This document shows, piece after piece, positions 31,059-41,644 of a stretch of 64,000 bases of DNA. The DNA lies in the NCBI GenBank assembly GCA_963675595.2, contig CAXXLZ010000002.1, positions 3,776,001 to 3,840,000 on the forward strand, read 5' to 3'. The first letter of the stretch is position 1. Every line of letters begins with the position of its first letter. Position numbers and translations under genes: made by a program. Origin of the DNA: Thermodesulfobacteriota bacterium. GTDB taxonomy: Bacteria > Desulfobacterota > Desulfarculia > JACQYL01. Under the pieces are notes generated by a model, which did no database searches, had not been told where the DNA came from, and saw only the letters and a list, made by a program, of their open reading frames with translations.

Positions 31059-32414
31059 ATGACGAAATTATCCAATTTTCTGTCTTCGGTCAAGCTGACC
31101 GTCGTTCTATTGATTGTGCTTGCCGTGCTTTCCGTAGTGGGCACGGTCATCCCGCAGCAGGAACCCGCCGGCCTGTACGAACGCATGTATGGTGAAGGGA
31201 CGGCCTCTTTATTCCGAAGTCTGGGCTTCACCAACATGTATGCGTCTCCCCTATTCGTTGCTTTGTTGGGCTTCCTGGGCGCCAATCTGGTCGTTTGTTC
31301 CCTCGACCGTCTTCCCAAGACGTGGAAACTCGTCAGGAACCGGCCGTCGTTGAATCCCAGGGAATATAAACAAATGCCCTATCGCAGGGAGCAGTTCGTC
31401 AAGTTGCGGAATCCCGAGTGGCGAAAGAGTCTATCGAATGTTCTCGGGCGCCTGGGAAAAGTCCAAGAAAAGGAATTCGACGGAGGGATCGTCTATTTCG
31501 CGAATCGTACGCCTTGGGTGCGTTTGGGCGTATACGTGGTGCACAGCTCGATCCTCCTCCTGTTTGTCGGAGGCATCATAGGCGCCGTCTGGGGATTCAA
31601 GGGGCACATCAACATCCTGGAAGGGGAGACGGTGGACCACATCGACGTGCGGGGGAGACACGAGCCCAAGCCCTTGGATTTTCAAATACGCTGTGACGAC
31701 TTCAATGTTGAGTTCTATGATACCGGGGCGCCCAAGGAGTTCCGCTCGGACCTTACCTTCCTGGAGGGCGGCAAAGAGGCGCTCAGCAGTCCGTTGCGCG
31801 TAAATCATCCCGTGACCTTCGGGGGCATTACCTTCTATCAGTCGAGTTACGGCTCCACTCTGGGCGGGGAGGTCGTGTTCGAACTGGTGGATAACCAAAC
31901 CGGTGAAACCTATACGGTCAAAGGACCCGCTTCCGATGATTTTAGCCTGCCGGGGGATCAAGGCGGTTTTCGGATCATCGATTTTCAGAACAATCTGGTT
32001 TCCCGGGGAATGTCTTTCGGGCCCGGAGTTTTCGTCCATCTAATGGGGACCGGAGAGCGGACCCCGCCGTTCTGGGTCCTGCAGAAATTTCCACAGTTGG
32101 ATCAAAGACGGGGCGGCAAGTACACGTTTGCCCTCAAGTCTTTCCAGGAGGTTTATTATACCGGCCTTCAAGCGAACAGGGACCCGGGCGTGGCGCTTGT
32201 CTATTTAGGGTTCATCCTGATGCTTATCGGATTTCCCGTCACTTTTTTCATGTCTCACCGCATGATTTGGCTCCAAGTGGGGAGCACGGGCAAGAATCTG
32301 AAAGTGATTCTAGCGGGCACGGCCCATCGAAATCGGCTCGCTTTCTCCAAGTCGATGGACGGGCTTTGGGAGGAAATCTCGACCGCCCTTAATGAAGAGG
32401 AACGACAGCCATGA
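31059..32414 (+). CDS. resB: Cytochrome c biogenesis protein ResB/Ccs1
   Basis: [35 protein letters not shown]. Confidence 0.92.
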   Translation: MTKLSNFLSSVKLTVVLLIVLAVLSVVGTVIPQQEPAGLYERMYGEGTASLFRSLGFTNMYASPLFVALLGFLGANLVVCSLDRLPKTWKLVRNRPSLNPREYKQMPYRREQFVKLRNPEWRKSLSNVLGRLGKVQEKEFDGGIVYFANRTPWVRLGVYVVHSSILLLFVGGIIGAVWGFKGHINILEGETVDHIDVRGRHEPKPLDFQIRCDDFNVEFYDTGAPKEFRSDLTFLEGGKEALSSPLRVNHPVTFGGITFYQSSYGSTLGGEVVFELVDNQTGETYTVKGPASDDFSLPGDQGGFRIIDFQNNLVSRGMSFGPGVFVHLMGTGERTPPFWVLQKFPQLDQRRGGKYTFALKSFQEVYYTGLQANRDPGVALVYLGFILMLIGFPVTFFMSHRMIWLQVGSTGKNLKVILAGTAHRNRLAFSKSMDGLWEEISTALNEEERQP

Positions 32415-33256
32415 CGAGTTCTCTTGCTCTGAGCATCGTGACTTTCATCTACCTGGGGTCCTCGGTGCTTTACCTGTTTTACCTGGTGTTCCGCACGCGG
32501 GTTGCGGCCACCATGGGTACGTGGGTCGCCCTGGGCGGATTCCTGTTGAACACCTACGGAATCATCATGCGCTGGATCGAATCCTACGATCTGGGCATCG
32601 GGCATGCCCCGCTGTCGAATCTGTATGAATCCCTGGTCTTTTTCGCCTGGACGATCATCTTGTGCTATTTGATTCTGGAGCGGAAATACGGTCAGAAGAC
32701 CGTGGGCGCGTTCGTGGTTCCTTTCGCCTTTTTCTCCATGGCCTACGCTTCTTTTTCGTCTTCCGTGGACAGCCGCATACAGCCTTTGATCCCGGCGCTC
32801 AAGAGCAACTGGCTGATTGCCCACGTGGTCACCTGTTTTCTGGGGTACGCCGCCTTTGCGGTGGCTTGTGGGTTGAGCGTCATGTACCTGATCAAGAGCA
32901 AAAAGCAGCGTGCCGGTTCGGACGGTCTGAAGTTCCTCCCGGATCCCCCGCTCATTGAGGACGTTTCCTACAAGATGATTCTGATCGGATTCGTGTTGCT
33001 TTCGGCGGGCATCATCACCGGGTCGGTCTGGGCGCATTCGGCTTGGGGCACCTACTGGAGCTGGGACCCCAAGGAGACCTGGTCGCTGATTACCTGGATC
33101 GTGTATGCGGTTCTTCTTCATGCCCGTTACATGAAGGGCTGGTCCGGGAACCGGATCGCGGTGATCTCCATCGTGGGGTTTTGCTGCGTCCTATTTACCT
33201 ATTTCGGGGTCAATTTCCTTCTCAGCGGACTGCACAGCTACGCCGCTTCCAGCTGA
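32411..33256 (+). CDS. ccsA: Cytochrome c biogenesis heme exporter/synthase CcsA (ResC)
   Basis: PLSNLYES, PALKSNWLIAHV, WAHSAWGTYWSWDPKETWS (WWD domain), GLHSY. Confidence 0.95.
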   Translation: MTSSLALSIVTFIYLGSSVLYLFYLVFRTRVAATMGTWVALGGFLLNTYGIIMRWIESYDLGIGHAPLSNLYESLVFFAWTIILCYLILERKYGQKTVGAFVVPFAFFSMAYASFSSSVDSRIQPLIPALKSNWLIAHVVTCFLGYAAFAVACGLSVMYLIKSKKQRAGSDGLKFLPDPPLIEDVSYKMILIGFVLLSAGIITGSVWAHSAWGTYWSWDPKETWSLITWIVYAVLLHARYMKGWSGNRIAVISIVGFCCVLFTYFGVNFLLSGLHSYAASS

Positions 33257-33386
33257 AATACCGTGAGAGTCGTGAACCGGCGCGGGTATCGGGCCTTGAG
33301 CCGCCGCCTCGCCCGTTGCCGGTTCCCCTTCCATGTTGCGACCAGCCGGCAGACACTCCTTCATCCTCCGGCGGCGGACCGCGGTT

Positions 33387-33587
33387 TCACTCCGAAGGTC
33401 TGGAAATCTCCCGCTTTCGAAAATGGCATCTCGCCCGCTGACATACGGGGCAGGTCAAGGCTTCGGGCAGCTCCTCAAACGGGGTGCCCGGCGCGTATCC
33501 CCCACGGTCGTCCCCCCTTTCGGGTTCGTACCGATATCCGCATGGGCAGTCGTAGCACGTAACCTTTCGGTAGTCTGTCTCAGTCAT
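33387..33587 (-). CDS. Rubredoxin-like protein (atypical first Cys knuckle)
   Basis: CPCGYRYEPERGD..GG.APGTPFEELPE.LTCPVC. Confidence 0.8.
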   Translation of the reverse strand: MTETDYRKVTCYDCPCGYRYEPERGDDRGGYAPGTPFEELPEALTCPVCQRARCHFRKREISRPSE

Positions 33588-33641
33588 GTTCGGTTCTCCC
33601 GTTTCCAAACGCGTTCTGTTCGACGGTCAAGAAAGATCGAT

Positions 33642-33688
33642 TCGCGGCATGCTTCAACATCGCGGCATGCTTCAACATCGCGGCATGC
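33642..33688. repeat. 18-bp tandem repeat x2.6 (tcgcggcatgcttcaaca)
   Basis: Exact adjacent copies, no spacers. Confidence 0.9.
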
Positions 33689-33766
33689 CGGCGGCCGAAA
33701 ACCTTCGACGAGTACGTCTCCCGTCATTTCCCATGCGTCCGACGATCTTCAGCGCTTCTTTAAGGA

Positions 33767-34135
33767 TCAGTGAACCGACACGGCAGGTTCGATTTCGCGT
33801 TCCAACCAATTCCTTAGTTCGTCATCAAGGGCGTACACGCCTTTGTTATGTCCCACGGAGCGAAGAAATCGTTCCCTGAGGTGGTAGGGGACCTCGTCGG
33901 AGGCCACCTCAACGGCGCCTTCGGATGATCTACGGATGAGATAGATCATGGGCGGATCGCTCCAGGTATTGACGACGAAATAGTAAGAAACGTCGTCCCT
34001 GGATCGGACCATGCGTCCATGAGACCAGTTGTTGCCCCATTCGAGGTAGAGGGTGACCGCTTCTTCCGGGGTCATTTCCCAATCGACGTCGTTGACGATC
34101 TCGGGTTCCTGTCGTAGTTGGTTTAGGCGAAGCAT
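33767..34135 (-). CDS. DVU0772-family protein
   Basis: VDWEMTPEEAVTLYLEWGNNW, YFVVNTW..PP.IYL.RR.S, GVYAL. Confidence 0.85.
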   Translation of the reverse strand: MLRLNQLRQEPEIVNDVDWEMTPEEAVTLYLEWGNNWSHGRMVRSRDDVSYYFVVNTWSDPPMIYLIRRSSEGAVEVASDEVPYHLRERFLRSVGHNKGVYALDDELRNWLEREIEPAVSVH

Positions 34136-34292
34136 GGCGACTCCTCTCTTAATTGAATTAAAAGGACCTTTTTTATTCTATTTAACCATCTCTGAAAGCA
34201 TGTCAATCAAACGGACGGGGGCTGCGTCGGTTTCCGCAGATCGGGCGCAGCGGCTTCAAGGATGATGAATTCAATCGAAAGGATGGGCAAAA

Positions 34293-34946
34293 ATGGGCAC
34301 GCACAATACGGTCGCAGGGCGGCGTGATCGGCCTCGTCGTAAGTTATATGGTTGGGCTTTGGGGTTGTGGGCGGTGATCTTCGTCGTCTCGGGCTGTGCG
34401 TCCGATAACGGGCGAGTAAACGGCTTGAACGCCGATAGCGAAGTATCGCGCGGCGTGATCGTCGGCACGTTCACCCCTCGGCGGGTGGTGGGAATCCTTG
34501 GTTCCTTGGATGGATTCGGCGGGCATACACTGGAAATCCGAAGCGTCGCCGGGGGGAAAATCTTCGTCGTTCCAGGCGCGGGCTATTTTCAGCTCTCTTT
34601 GGAACCCGGTGCATACGAACTCCTGCGGATTCGTCTGGACGGTAAGGACCTGATTCCTCTTTCGGAACCGTTTCGCTTCCTGGTGACAGGAGGAGAAGTG
34701 AGCTACGTCGGCTCCATCGTGACCGAGCGGGATATCTCATCCGGAACAACGGCCGTGGGCAAGACCTACCTGTTGGTTCCCTCCAGAAGGAACGCCGAAC
34801 TTCGCAGAGACAGGGCACCTCAACGGGTCCGACCCGAGGAAGTGGTATTGTACGTAGTGAACGCTCAATCCGCGGTGGAGGAACTGTTCCGAGAGCGGAA
34901 CCCGGAACGGGCCGGTGTCCGACTGGTCTTTCGGCCGGCGAAATAG
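34293..34946 (+). CDS. Hypothetical lipoprotein
   Basis: Lipobox VSGC; YFQLSLEPGAY and F.V..GEVSYVGSI beta-sandwich-like motifs. Confidence 0.7.
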   Translation: MGTHNTVAGRRDRPRRKLYGWALGLWAVIFVVSGCASDNGRVNGLNADSEVSRGVIVGTFTPRRVVGILGSLDGFGGHTLEIRSVAGGKIFVVPGAGYFQLSLEPGAYELLRIRLDGKDLIPLSEPFRFLVTGGEVSYVGSIVTERDISSGTTAVGKTYLLVPSRRNAELRRDRAPQRVRPEEVVLYVVNAQSAVEELFRERNPERAGVRLVFRPAK

Positions 34947-35028
34947 AAGACGGGGAGGCTTGGTGGTGGGGGCTCGAATTTGCCGGACCACACAGGGCTC
35001 CGCAGAAAACCGGCTCCCCAAAGCCGAG

Positions 35029-35072
35029 AAGACCCCTTAAGCCCGCCGTCGGCGAGGCTTAAGGGGTCTTTT
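35029..35072. terminator. Bidirectional intrinsic terminator
   Basis: aagaccccttaagcc ... ggcttaaggggtctt stem followed by tt, between convergent genes. Confidence 0.8.
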
Positions 35073-35112
35073 GCAGCAGCCGCTGCTTGAAGCGAAAGTG
35101 TGAAACTCGCGC

Positions 35113-36663
35113 CTAGAGCGGCAGGTTGTCGTGCCTCTTTTCGGGCATGCTGTCTTTCTTGGTCTGCAACGCTTGCAGCGCCGCAATCAGCTTCCTTCTG
35201 GTATCTTCCGGGAAAATCACCTCGTCCACGTATCCGAAAGACGCCGCTTGGTAAGGGTTGGCGAACTTGGTTCGGTAGGCTTCGACCATTTCGACTTCCT
35301 TGGCCGCCGGATCCTCGGCGTCTGCGATCTCTTTACGGAACACGATGTTCACCGCTCCGTCCGGTCCCATGACCGCGATCTCAGCCGTGGGATAGGCGAA
35401 ATTGACGTCCGCCCAGAGATGCTTGCTGCTCATGACGATGTAGGCGCCGCCGTAGGCCTTTCGGGTGATCACCGTGATCTTGGGCACGGTGGCTTCGCAG
35501 AAGGCGTAGATCAGCTTGGCTCCGTGCTTGATAATGCCGCCGTATTCCTGGACGGTTCCGGGAAGGAATCCGGGCACGTCGCAGAACGTGACCAAAGGAA
35601 TGTTGAAGGCGTCACAGAAACGCACGAACCGGGCGCCCTTGAGGGACGCGTTGATGTCCAAACAACCGGCCTGAGCGAACGGCTGGTTGGCGACGATGCC
35701 CACGGGGTGACCGTCCAGTCGAGCGAACCCCACCACGATGTTCGGTGCGTAATCTTTGTGTACTTCGAAGAAGTAGTTATTGTCCGCCACGGACTTGATG
35801 ATTTTCTTGATGTTGTAGACCTGTTTGGGACTGTCCGGGATCAGGTTGCGAAGGTCCATGTCGACGCGGTTCGGGTCGTCGGTGGGCTCGAGCCGGGGCG
35901 GCTTTTCGCGGAAGCTCTGGGGCAGGAAAGTGAGCAGTTCACGAACCTGTTCAATCACTGCCTGGTCGTTCTTGCCCTTGAAGTGAGCCACGCCGCTCTT
36001 GCTCGTATGAATCTTGGGACCGCCCAACGTCTCCGTGGAAACTTCCTCGTGGCACACGGTCTTCACCACGTTCGGTCCGGTAATGAACATGTAGGAACTC
36101 TGTTCCACCATGAAGATGAAGTCGGTCAGAGCGGGTGAGTAGACGGCTCCTCCGGCGCAGGGTCCCATGATGACGGATATCTGAGGCACGACGCCGGATG
36201 CCAGCACGTTGTTCATGAAGATGTTTCCATAGCCGCTCAGGCTCGTAACACCTTCCTGGATTCGCGCGCCGCCGGAATCACACAGGCCGATAACGGGGCA
36301 GTTGTTCTTCAGGCCCATTTCCATGACCTTGCAGATCTTTTGGGCGTGGGCGATTCCAAGGCTGCCGCCCAGCACGGTGAAATCCTGGGCGAAGGCGCAA
36401 GCCAAACGACCGTTGATTTTGCCGTACCCTACCACAACGCCGTCGCCGGGGAACCGTTTCTTGTCCATTCCGAAGTCCACGGCCGTGTGGTACACGAACT
36501 TGTCCATTTCCTGGAACGTGCCTTCATCGAACAGCAGAGCGATCCTTTCGCGGGCAGTGAGCTTTCCCTTCTTGTGCTGGTCGTCGATGCGGCCCTGGCC
36601 GCCTCCCATATCCGCTTCCGCAATCTTGTCTTCTAAGAGCTTGAACTTTTCTTCGTTTGCCAT
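35113..36663 (-). CDS. Acyl-CoA carboxylase beta / methylmalonyl-CoA carboxyltransferase subunit
   Basis: [58 protein letters not shown]. Confidence 0.95.
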   Translation of the reverse strand: MANEEKFKLLEDKIAEADMGGGQGRIDDQHKKGKLTARERIALLFDEGTFQEMDKFVYHTAVDFGMDKKRFPGDGVVVGYGKINGRLACAFAQDFTVLGGSLGIAHAQKICKVMEMGLKNNCPVIGLCDSGGARIQEGVTSLSGYGNIFMNNVLASGVVPQISVIMGPCAGGAVYSPALTDFIFMVEQSSYMFITGPNVVKTVCHEEVSTETLGGPKIHTSKSGVAHFKGKNDQAVIEQVRELLTFLPQSFREKPPRLEPTDDPNRVDMDLRNLIPDSPKQVYNIKKIIKSVADNNYFFEVHKDYAPNIVVGFARLDGHPVGIVANQPFAQAGCLDINASLKGARFVRFCDAFNIPLVTFCDVPGFLPGTVQEYGGIIKHGAKLIYAFCEATVPKITVITRKAYGGAYIVMSSKHLWADVNFAYPTAEIAVMGPDGAVNIVFRKEIADAEDPAAKEVEMVEAYRTKFANPYQAASFGYVDEVIFPEDTRRKLIAALQALQTKKDSMPEKRHDNLPL

Positions 36664-37710
36664 TTTATCCTCCCGATCATTGTTGCGATTTCGAACAGAT
36701 CACTTCAATCTTTTTCATTTTGGAGGCATTTTATCTAAAAACGCCCATTCGGCTTTGGGAAACGCGATTCATGACCCACTTCAAGTGCCTAAAATCATTT
36801 GCCCCTCGGGGCTGGTAACCCCGAGTCGTCAGGTCCAAGATTCAAAGCTTCTTCCAGATGCCGACCTTTTCGGGGATCATCCCGAAGTGAAGGATCATAT
36901 AATGGATAACCCGGGCGTCGGAAAAATGTGAACGGGCGGGGGCGGGCCCCACCCTTCGGCGCTCGGATCCGGCGAAGCGGCGAAACGGCGGCGCTTTGCC
37001 GGACGAAACCGTCCCGGCCGTGACTTCCATCTTGAACGACGAGGGGTGAAATGGGAAGATCACAAGGCTCTGGGGAAAGAAGGCTGAAAAGGACCGGGAG
37101 CACTTCTGGGAACCGGCTGAGTTTGCGGTCCGCGCAAGGGACGAGCACATGGTCACAAATCATGAGTTTCCTGCATAACTTGAACAGTCAGAGTACATGA
37201 GCCTCTTACATGCCGGATTCGAGAAATGTCAAGTCAAAATAGGAAACCGGGAGCCCTCCGGACTCTTCCGCTAAACGGAAGTATCGCGGTAAAACCCGCA
37301 TGGAAGGCGGAAAAGAGTCAATGAGGAGGGAAGGTCGCCCTCACAATTTCTCTAAAAAGACTTGGAGGGTCATTATTGTGTGCGTTAATAAATCAGAGGC
37401 GACGATGAATTTCGTTTAAGAAATCGTATTCCAACTCTTATCGGGAAGCCGTGGACCCTTTCCTGTGATCATGTTGGTCTCCTTGCTGTTTGGGTGATGC
37501 TCTATCATAACGATCGAGCACCTGAGGCCAACATGGTATTTCGTGCTGCTCGGTTTCCGGTCGCACCTCGCGGGTTCGCGTTGCGTCGGCTGAGGGTGTG
37601 GTTAACATGGACTTTATGGGCCGACGGCCTGATAGCCGGCGGCTCACTTGTTCCGGGCAAGGGTCCATTGGACGTCGCCCGGGAAATCGAACTCTATCGT
37701 GGAGGTTTAC

Positions 37711-38667
37711 GTGAAATCATACGTTTTAAGTTTTGGCAGGCGGGGAGCGGAGATATTAAACAGACATCTTAAAGCCGGCGGGGACGTGACCTCGGTCGCT
37801 TTTGCGGACACCGATGCGGAGGATCTGGCCCTGCGGCCCGAATCCATGAGACTTCATCTGGGAGCCGGGATTCCTCCGGAAGACGTCGTGCGCAACGACA
37901 TTTCCTTTGCGGCGAAGGCTGCTCTCGGCGAACGAGAAGAGATCGAAAAGCGGATCGAGAAGGCCGCTGCTGTGATCCTTACGGCTGGATTGGGCGGAGG
38001 AACCGGAGCCGGTGCGGCCGAGGCGACCGCATCCATTTGCAGGGAAAAGGGCGTCTTTACCGCGGCCGTGGTAACCCGCCCCTTCGGTTTGGAAGGAGAA
38101 AAGCGGGTTCACCGGGCTGCGTCGGGTTTGCGTCGACTCGAAAAAGAAGTCGGATTCATGATTCCGCTTTTTCAGGATAGTCTACTGAGTTCGGCGGAGA
38201 AGGTCACCCGCGTGAGGGAACTCATGGGCGTGGCGGACGAATACGCGGCGAACGCGGTGGAAGGCCTTCTCGAGCTTCTGCAGAGTCCGCTCGCCGAGCA
38301 GTTCGCAAAAGACTTCGGTGGGTCTTCCGGTCGTGGGGTGTTCGGTTACGGCATGTCGGACCAAGCCGACGGTTTGATGGACGCGATCACAATCGCCTTG
38401 GAAAGTCCCTTCATTTCGGGGGTTTCACTAAGTCGTACCGAAAATTTGGCTTTGACCGTTCGGGCGCCGCAGCCCGTGGATGATCGGAGTATTGACGCGG
38501 CGGTTTCTCTGCTGCGTGAGAGAACCGGGGCGCAAGTCAACATTCTTGTGGCCCGGACCGTGGCCCAAAACGAATCTTCACTTCGGGTGTGCGTCTTCCC
38601 GCAGGGGGAATTCGGAGAACCCTCGGCATCGGGGGGGCATATCTTCACTCCGGTTTATCAGGGATGA
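37711..38667 (+). CDS. Divergent FtsZ/tubulin-family protein (FtsZ paralog)
   Basis: ADTD...L, AGLGGGTGAG signature, VVTRPFGLEGEKR; GTG after GGAGG. Confidence 0.85.
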   Translation: MKSYVLSFGRRGAEILNRHLKAGGDVTSVAFADTDAEDLALRPESMRLHLGAGIPPEDVVRNDISFAAKAALGEREEIEKRIEKAAAVILTAGLGGGTGAGAAEATASICREKGVFTAAVVTRPFGLEGEKRVHRAASGLRRLEKEVGFMIPLFQDSLLSSAEKVTRVRELMGVADEYAANAVEGLLELLQSPLAEQFAKDFGGSSGRGVFGYGMSDQADGLMDAITIALESPFISGVSLSRTENLALTVRAPQPVDDRSIDAAVSLLRERTGAQVNILVARTVAQNESSLRVCVFPQGEFGEPSASGGHIFTPVYQG

Positions 38668-38874
38668 AGCGGGAGCGAAATTCGGGAGAGCTGTTTTCAT
38701 GAAAAAAACACCCCGCGCTTTCATCGTGTGATGGAAGCGCGGGGTGAGGGGTGAGGGAGGAGATGGCGAAATGGAAACGCGGACATCATTTCGCAACATC
38801 CAGAGGATGCCTCTCCGGAGGAATGGAGTCCGCGTTCCCGAGTCAGGGGACGGGTCAGTACGGCGGAATCGCCA

Positions 38875-39102
38875 CTATCTTCCGCAGCAATGCTTGGGTT
38901 GGCTGCACGGAGTCGCCGAGCCGCAACAGGTGCCGCCGCCGTCTTGGAATCCTCCCGTCATGACGGGTGGTGCGGCGGCGCTCATAACCCGCTCCGCAGA
39001 TGCTCCGCAATGGGGGCAATCCGTTTGTCGCGGCGAGTCCAACGATTCAAGACGCTCAAAAGTCTTTCCGCATGCAGCGCAAGTATATTCGTAAATAGGC
39101 AT
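38875..39102 (-). CDS. FmdB-family zinc-ribbon protein
   Basis: MPIYEYTCAACG..FE.......CPHCG...ERVMS; Cys-rich tail. Confidence 0.9.
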   Translation of the reverse strand: MPIYEYTCAACGKTFERLESLDSPRQTDCPHCGASAERVMSAAAPPVMTGGFQDGGGTCCGSATPCSQPKHCCGR

Positions 39103-39470
39103 ATTACACTCGTAGCAACAACCATGCCGCAATGCCTTGAAACGAGGACGGGCTTGAAAGAGGCGTGGGAGAAAGGTTCATTTCCAACGGGCGGGCTCCA
39201 TCATGGCCGGCGGATTGCGATACGCAAATAGAGGCCTCCGAAAAAGATGCAAAAAGCAATCCGATCCGATGACCATTCGGCTTCGAAATTGTCGCGTTGC
39301 GTCGTGGATGAGTCGCTTGTCTGCAGGAAAACATTTCAGCGGCCCGTCGAGCAGCTACCGCCGCCGGCCGGTGAGGAATCGCGGATACGGGAGCCGGTCG
39401 GGTTTCCGAGAATGGGGCGCACATGGGAAATAGACTGCGGAGCGCGTTGATTACGCACCCGTAAGGGGTG

Positions 39471-39532
39471 AAAAGCGAAACCCCGATCCCTTTGAGTTGG
39501 GGGAGGGTGATGAGACGGGATCGGAGTCTCGC
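39471..39532 (-). terminator. Putative terminator of the beta-oxidation operon
   Basis: Minus strand gcgagactccgatccc ... gggatcggggtttcgc (2 G-U pairs) followed by tttt. Confidence 0.6.
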
Positions 39533-39649
39533 GATTCGACTTTGAAAGGTTGATTCAAGCTCGCCGGTCGCGTGGGAGGATTGCGTCCGACGAGCTCGAA
39601 GGAGAGGCGGGGGAGTCCGTTTTTGGTTCTTCCCCTTGGAGGGTTACGA

Positions 39650-41443
39650 TTACTTGAGTTCGAAAGGATACTTTTCGGTTTCGATAATGCGCTGAGCCAG
39701 CTCTCGTCTCAGGCTCACCGCGTCCACGGGCTCGTAGCGGCAGAGTTTCTTGATGGCCATGAGCTGAGTGCGGAGGGTCTCCGCTTCTTCCACATGGGCC
39801 ATGGCCTTCTTTGCCCAGGTTTCGATCTTCAGCACGGCGTCGTCCACGTAGACTTTGACCGCCGCGATGTACGGTGCGGCCTTTTCCAGTCCGAATTTCT
39901 CGATGGCCCCGGCGGCGCGCAGCAGCCCGCTTTCCATGGCGAAAATCTCGATGATCATGTCGCTGATCAGGGCGATGACTTCCTGCTCTTCCTCGAGCTT
40001 GGCCATGTATTTCTGTGCGGCCACACCGGCGGTCATGAGCGCGGTTTTCTTCAGCATGCGGATCATGTGTTCCTGCATGGCCAGAGGCGTATCGGGCAGT
40101 TCCACGGCCAGCGGGTGGTATTCCATGATGTCGCTCGTCAGCTTCTGGAAGGCGGCCATCAGGGGCAATTCGCCTTTCATGGCCCGACGCATGATGGTGC
40201 CGGTGACCAGCAGCCGATTGATTTCGTTGGTTCCCTCGTAAATCCGATTGATGCGGGCGTCCCGGTAGGCCCTTTCGGCGGGGTATTCACTAACGTAGCC
40301 GTAGCCGCCCAAGGTCTGCACATACTCGTCCACGACGAAGGATAGGACTTCGGAGCAGTACACCTTGTTGATGGAACATTCCACCGCGTACTCACCGATG
40401 GCCTTGGCGTTTTCCTCGCCTTTCTTCTTTTTTTCTTCATCCAGGGTACCCAACTGGTCGTCGAACATGCCCGCCGTGCGGTAGATCATGGATTCGGCCA
40501 TGTAAGTCTTGATGGCCATGTCCGCCAGCTTTCCCCGGATCAGGCCGAAATTGCTGATGGGGGTTTTGAACTGGATGCGACCGTTGGCATACTTGGTGGC
40601 TTCAACGATGCACCTCTTGGCTCCTCCCACGGCGGCGGCGCCGAGTTTCCAGCGGCCGATGTTCAGCACGTTGAAGGCTACCTTGTGGCCTTGTCCGACC
40701 ACGTAAAGCACGTTTTCCACGGGCACCTTCACGTCTTCCAGAATCACGGTACGGGTGGAAGAGCCGTGGATGCCCATCTTCTTTTCTTCGGCGCCGGTGG
40801 ACACCCCGGGAAATTTACGTTCCACGATGAAGGAGGTGAACTGCTCTCCATCCACCTTGGCGTAAACGATAAAGGTGTCCGCCCATCCGGCGTTGGTGAT
40901 GAACATCTTTTCGCCGTTCAGGGTGTAGCAGGTGCCGTCGTCCGACAAGACCGCCTTGGTGCGGGCATTGAGCGCATCGGATCCGGCGCCGGCTTCGGTA
41001 AGGCAATAGGCGCCGCAAAGTTCGCCGGAGGCCAGGCCGGGAAGGTACTTGCTTTTCTGTTCATCGGTCCCGAAATACACGATGGGCAACGTTCCGATAC
41101 CGGTCTGAGCGCCGTGGGCCACCGCAAAGGAGCCTCCTCCTCCGATGGCTTCCGTAACCACCGTGGTGCTGACCTTATCGAGCCCCAGACCGCCGTATTC
41201 TTCCGGAACGTCGGTTCCGTTGAAGCCGAGTTCCCCGGCCTTGAGGAGAATGCCGCGCATGAATTCCGCATCTTTGGATTCGATTCTTTCCGTGTTGGCA
41301 ATGAGTTCGTTCTCCACGAAATCCCGAGCGGTGTCCAGGATCATGCGGTGCTCCTCGGAGAAATCCTCGGGAGTGAACACGTCCTCGGCGGACAGATCGG
41401 CGATTAGAAACTCAGCGCCCTTGAAAATCTTTCTTTCGGCCAT
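39650..41443 (-). CDS. Acyl-CoA dehydrogenase (Bacillus FadE-like)
   Basis: AYCLTEAGAGSDA, LNGEKMFITN, KMGIHGSST, GGYGY..EY..ER.YRDARINRIYEGTNEI. Confidence 0.96.
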   Translation of the reverse strand: MAERKIFKGAEFLIADLSAEDVFTPEDFSEEHRMILDTARDFVENELIANTERIESKDAEFMRGILLKAGELGFNGTDVPEEYGGLGLDKVSTTVVTEAIGGGGSFAVAHGAQTGIGTLPIVYFGTDEQKSKYLPGLASGELCGAYCLTEAGAGSDALNARTKAVLSDDGTCYTLNGEKMFITNAGWADTFIVYAKVDGEQFTSFIVERKFPGVSTGAEEKKMGIHGSSTRTVILEDVKVPVENVLYVVGQGHKVAFNVLNIGRWKLGAAAVGGAKRCIVEATKYANGRIQFKTPISNFGLIRGKLADMAIKTYMAESMIYRTAGMFDDQLGTLDEEKKKKGEENAKAIGEYAVECSINKVYCSEVLSFVVDEYVQTLGGYGYVSEYPAERAYRDARINRIYEGTNEINRLLVTGTIMRRAMKGELPLMAAFQKLTSDIMEYHPLAVELPDTPLAMQEHMIRMLKKTALMTAGVAAQKYMAKLEEEQEVIALISDMIIEIFAMESGLLRAAGAIEKFGLEKAAPYIAAVKVYVDDAVLKIETWAKKAMAHVEEAETLRTQLMAIKKLCRYEPVDAVSLRRELAQRIIETEKYPFELK

Positions 41444-41644
41444 TTCCAGGTCTCCTTTTTGCCTCGGTTCAGAGGAAATAGGTTGTTTCAAAGCTTGATG
41501 GTCCGCCCGGGCTATCCTTGACAGCCTCCTGCGACAGGCTCGTTTCAATGGGCCGCCGACGGAGCGGCCGGTGATTGGATTGCCACAAGAAACTTACGGA
41601 CTTGTTGGAAGCGGCGACAGCCGAAGCGCCGGCCTCCGACACCA

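Noticed and set aside
33642-33688. Repeat as a possible mini-CRISPR
   Set aside because: No spacers, 18-bp unit, no cas genes
37711-38667. Calling this gene the canonical ftsZ
   Set aside because: Lacks the T7 loop, the C-terminal peptide and dcw context
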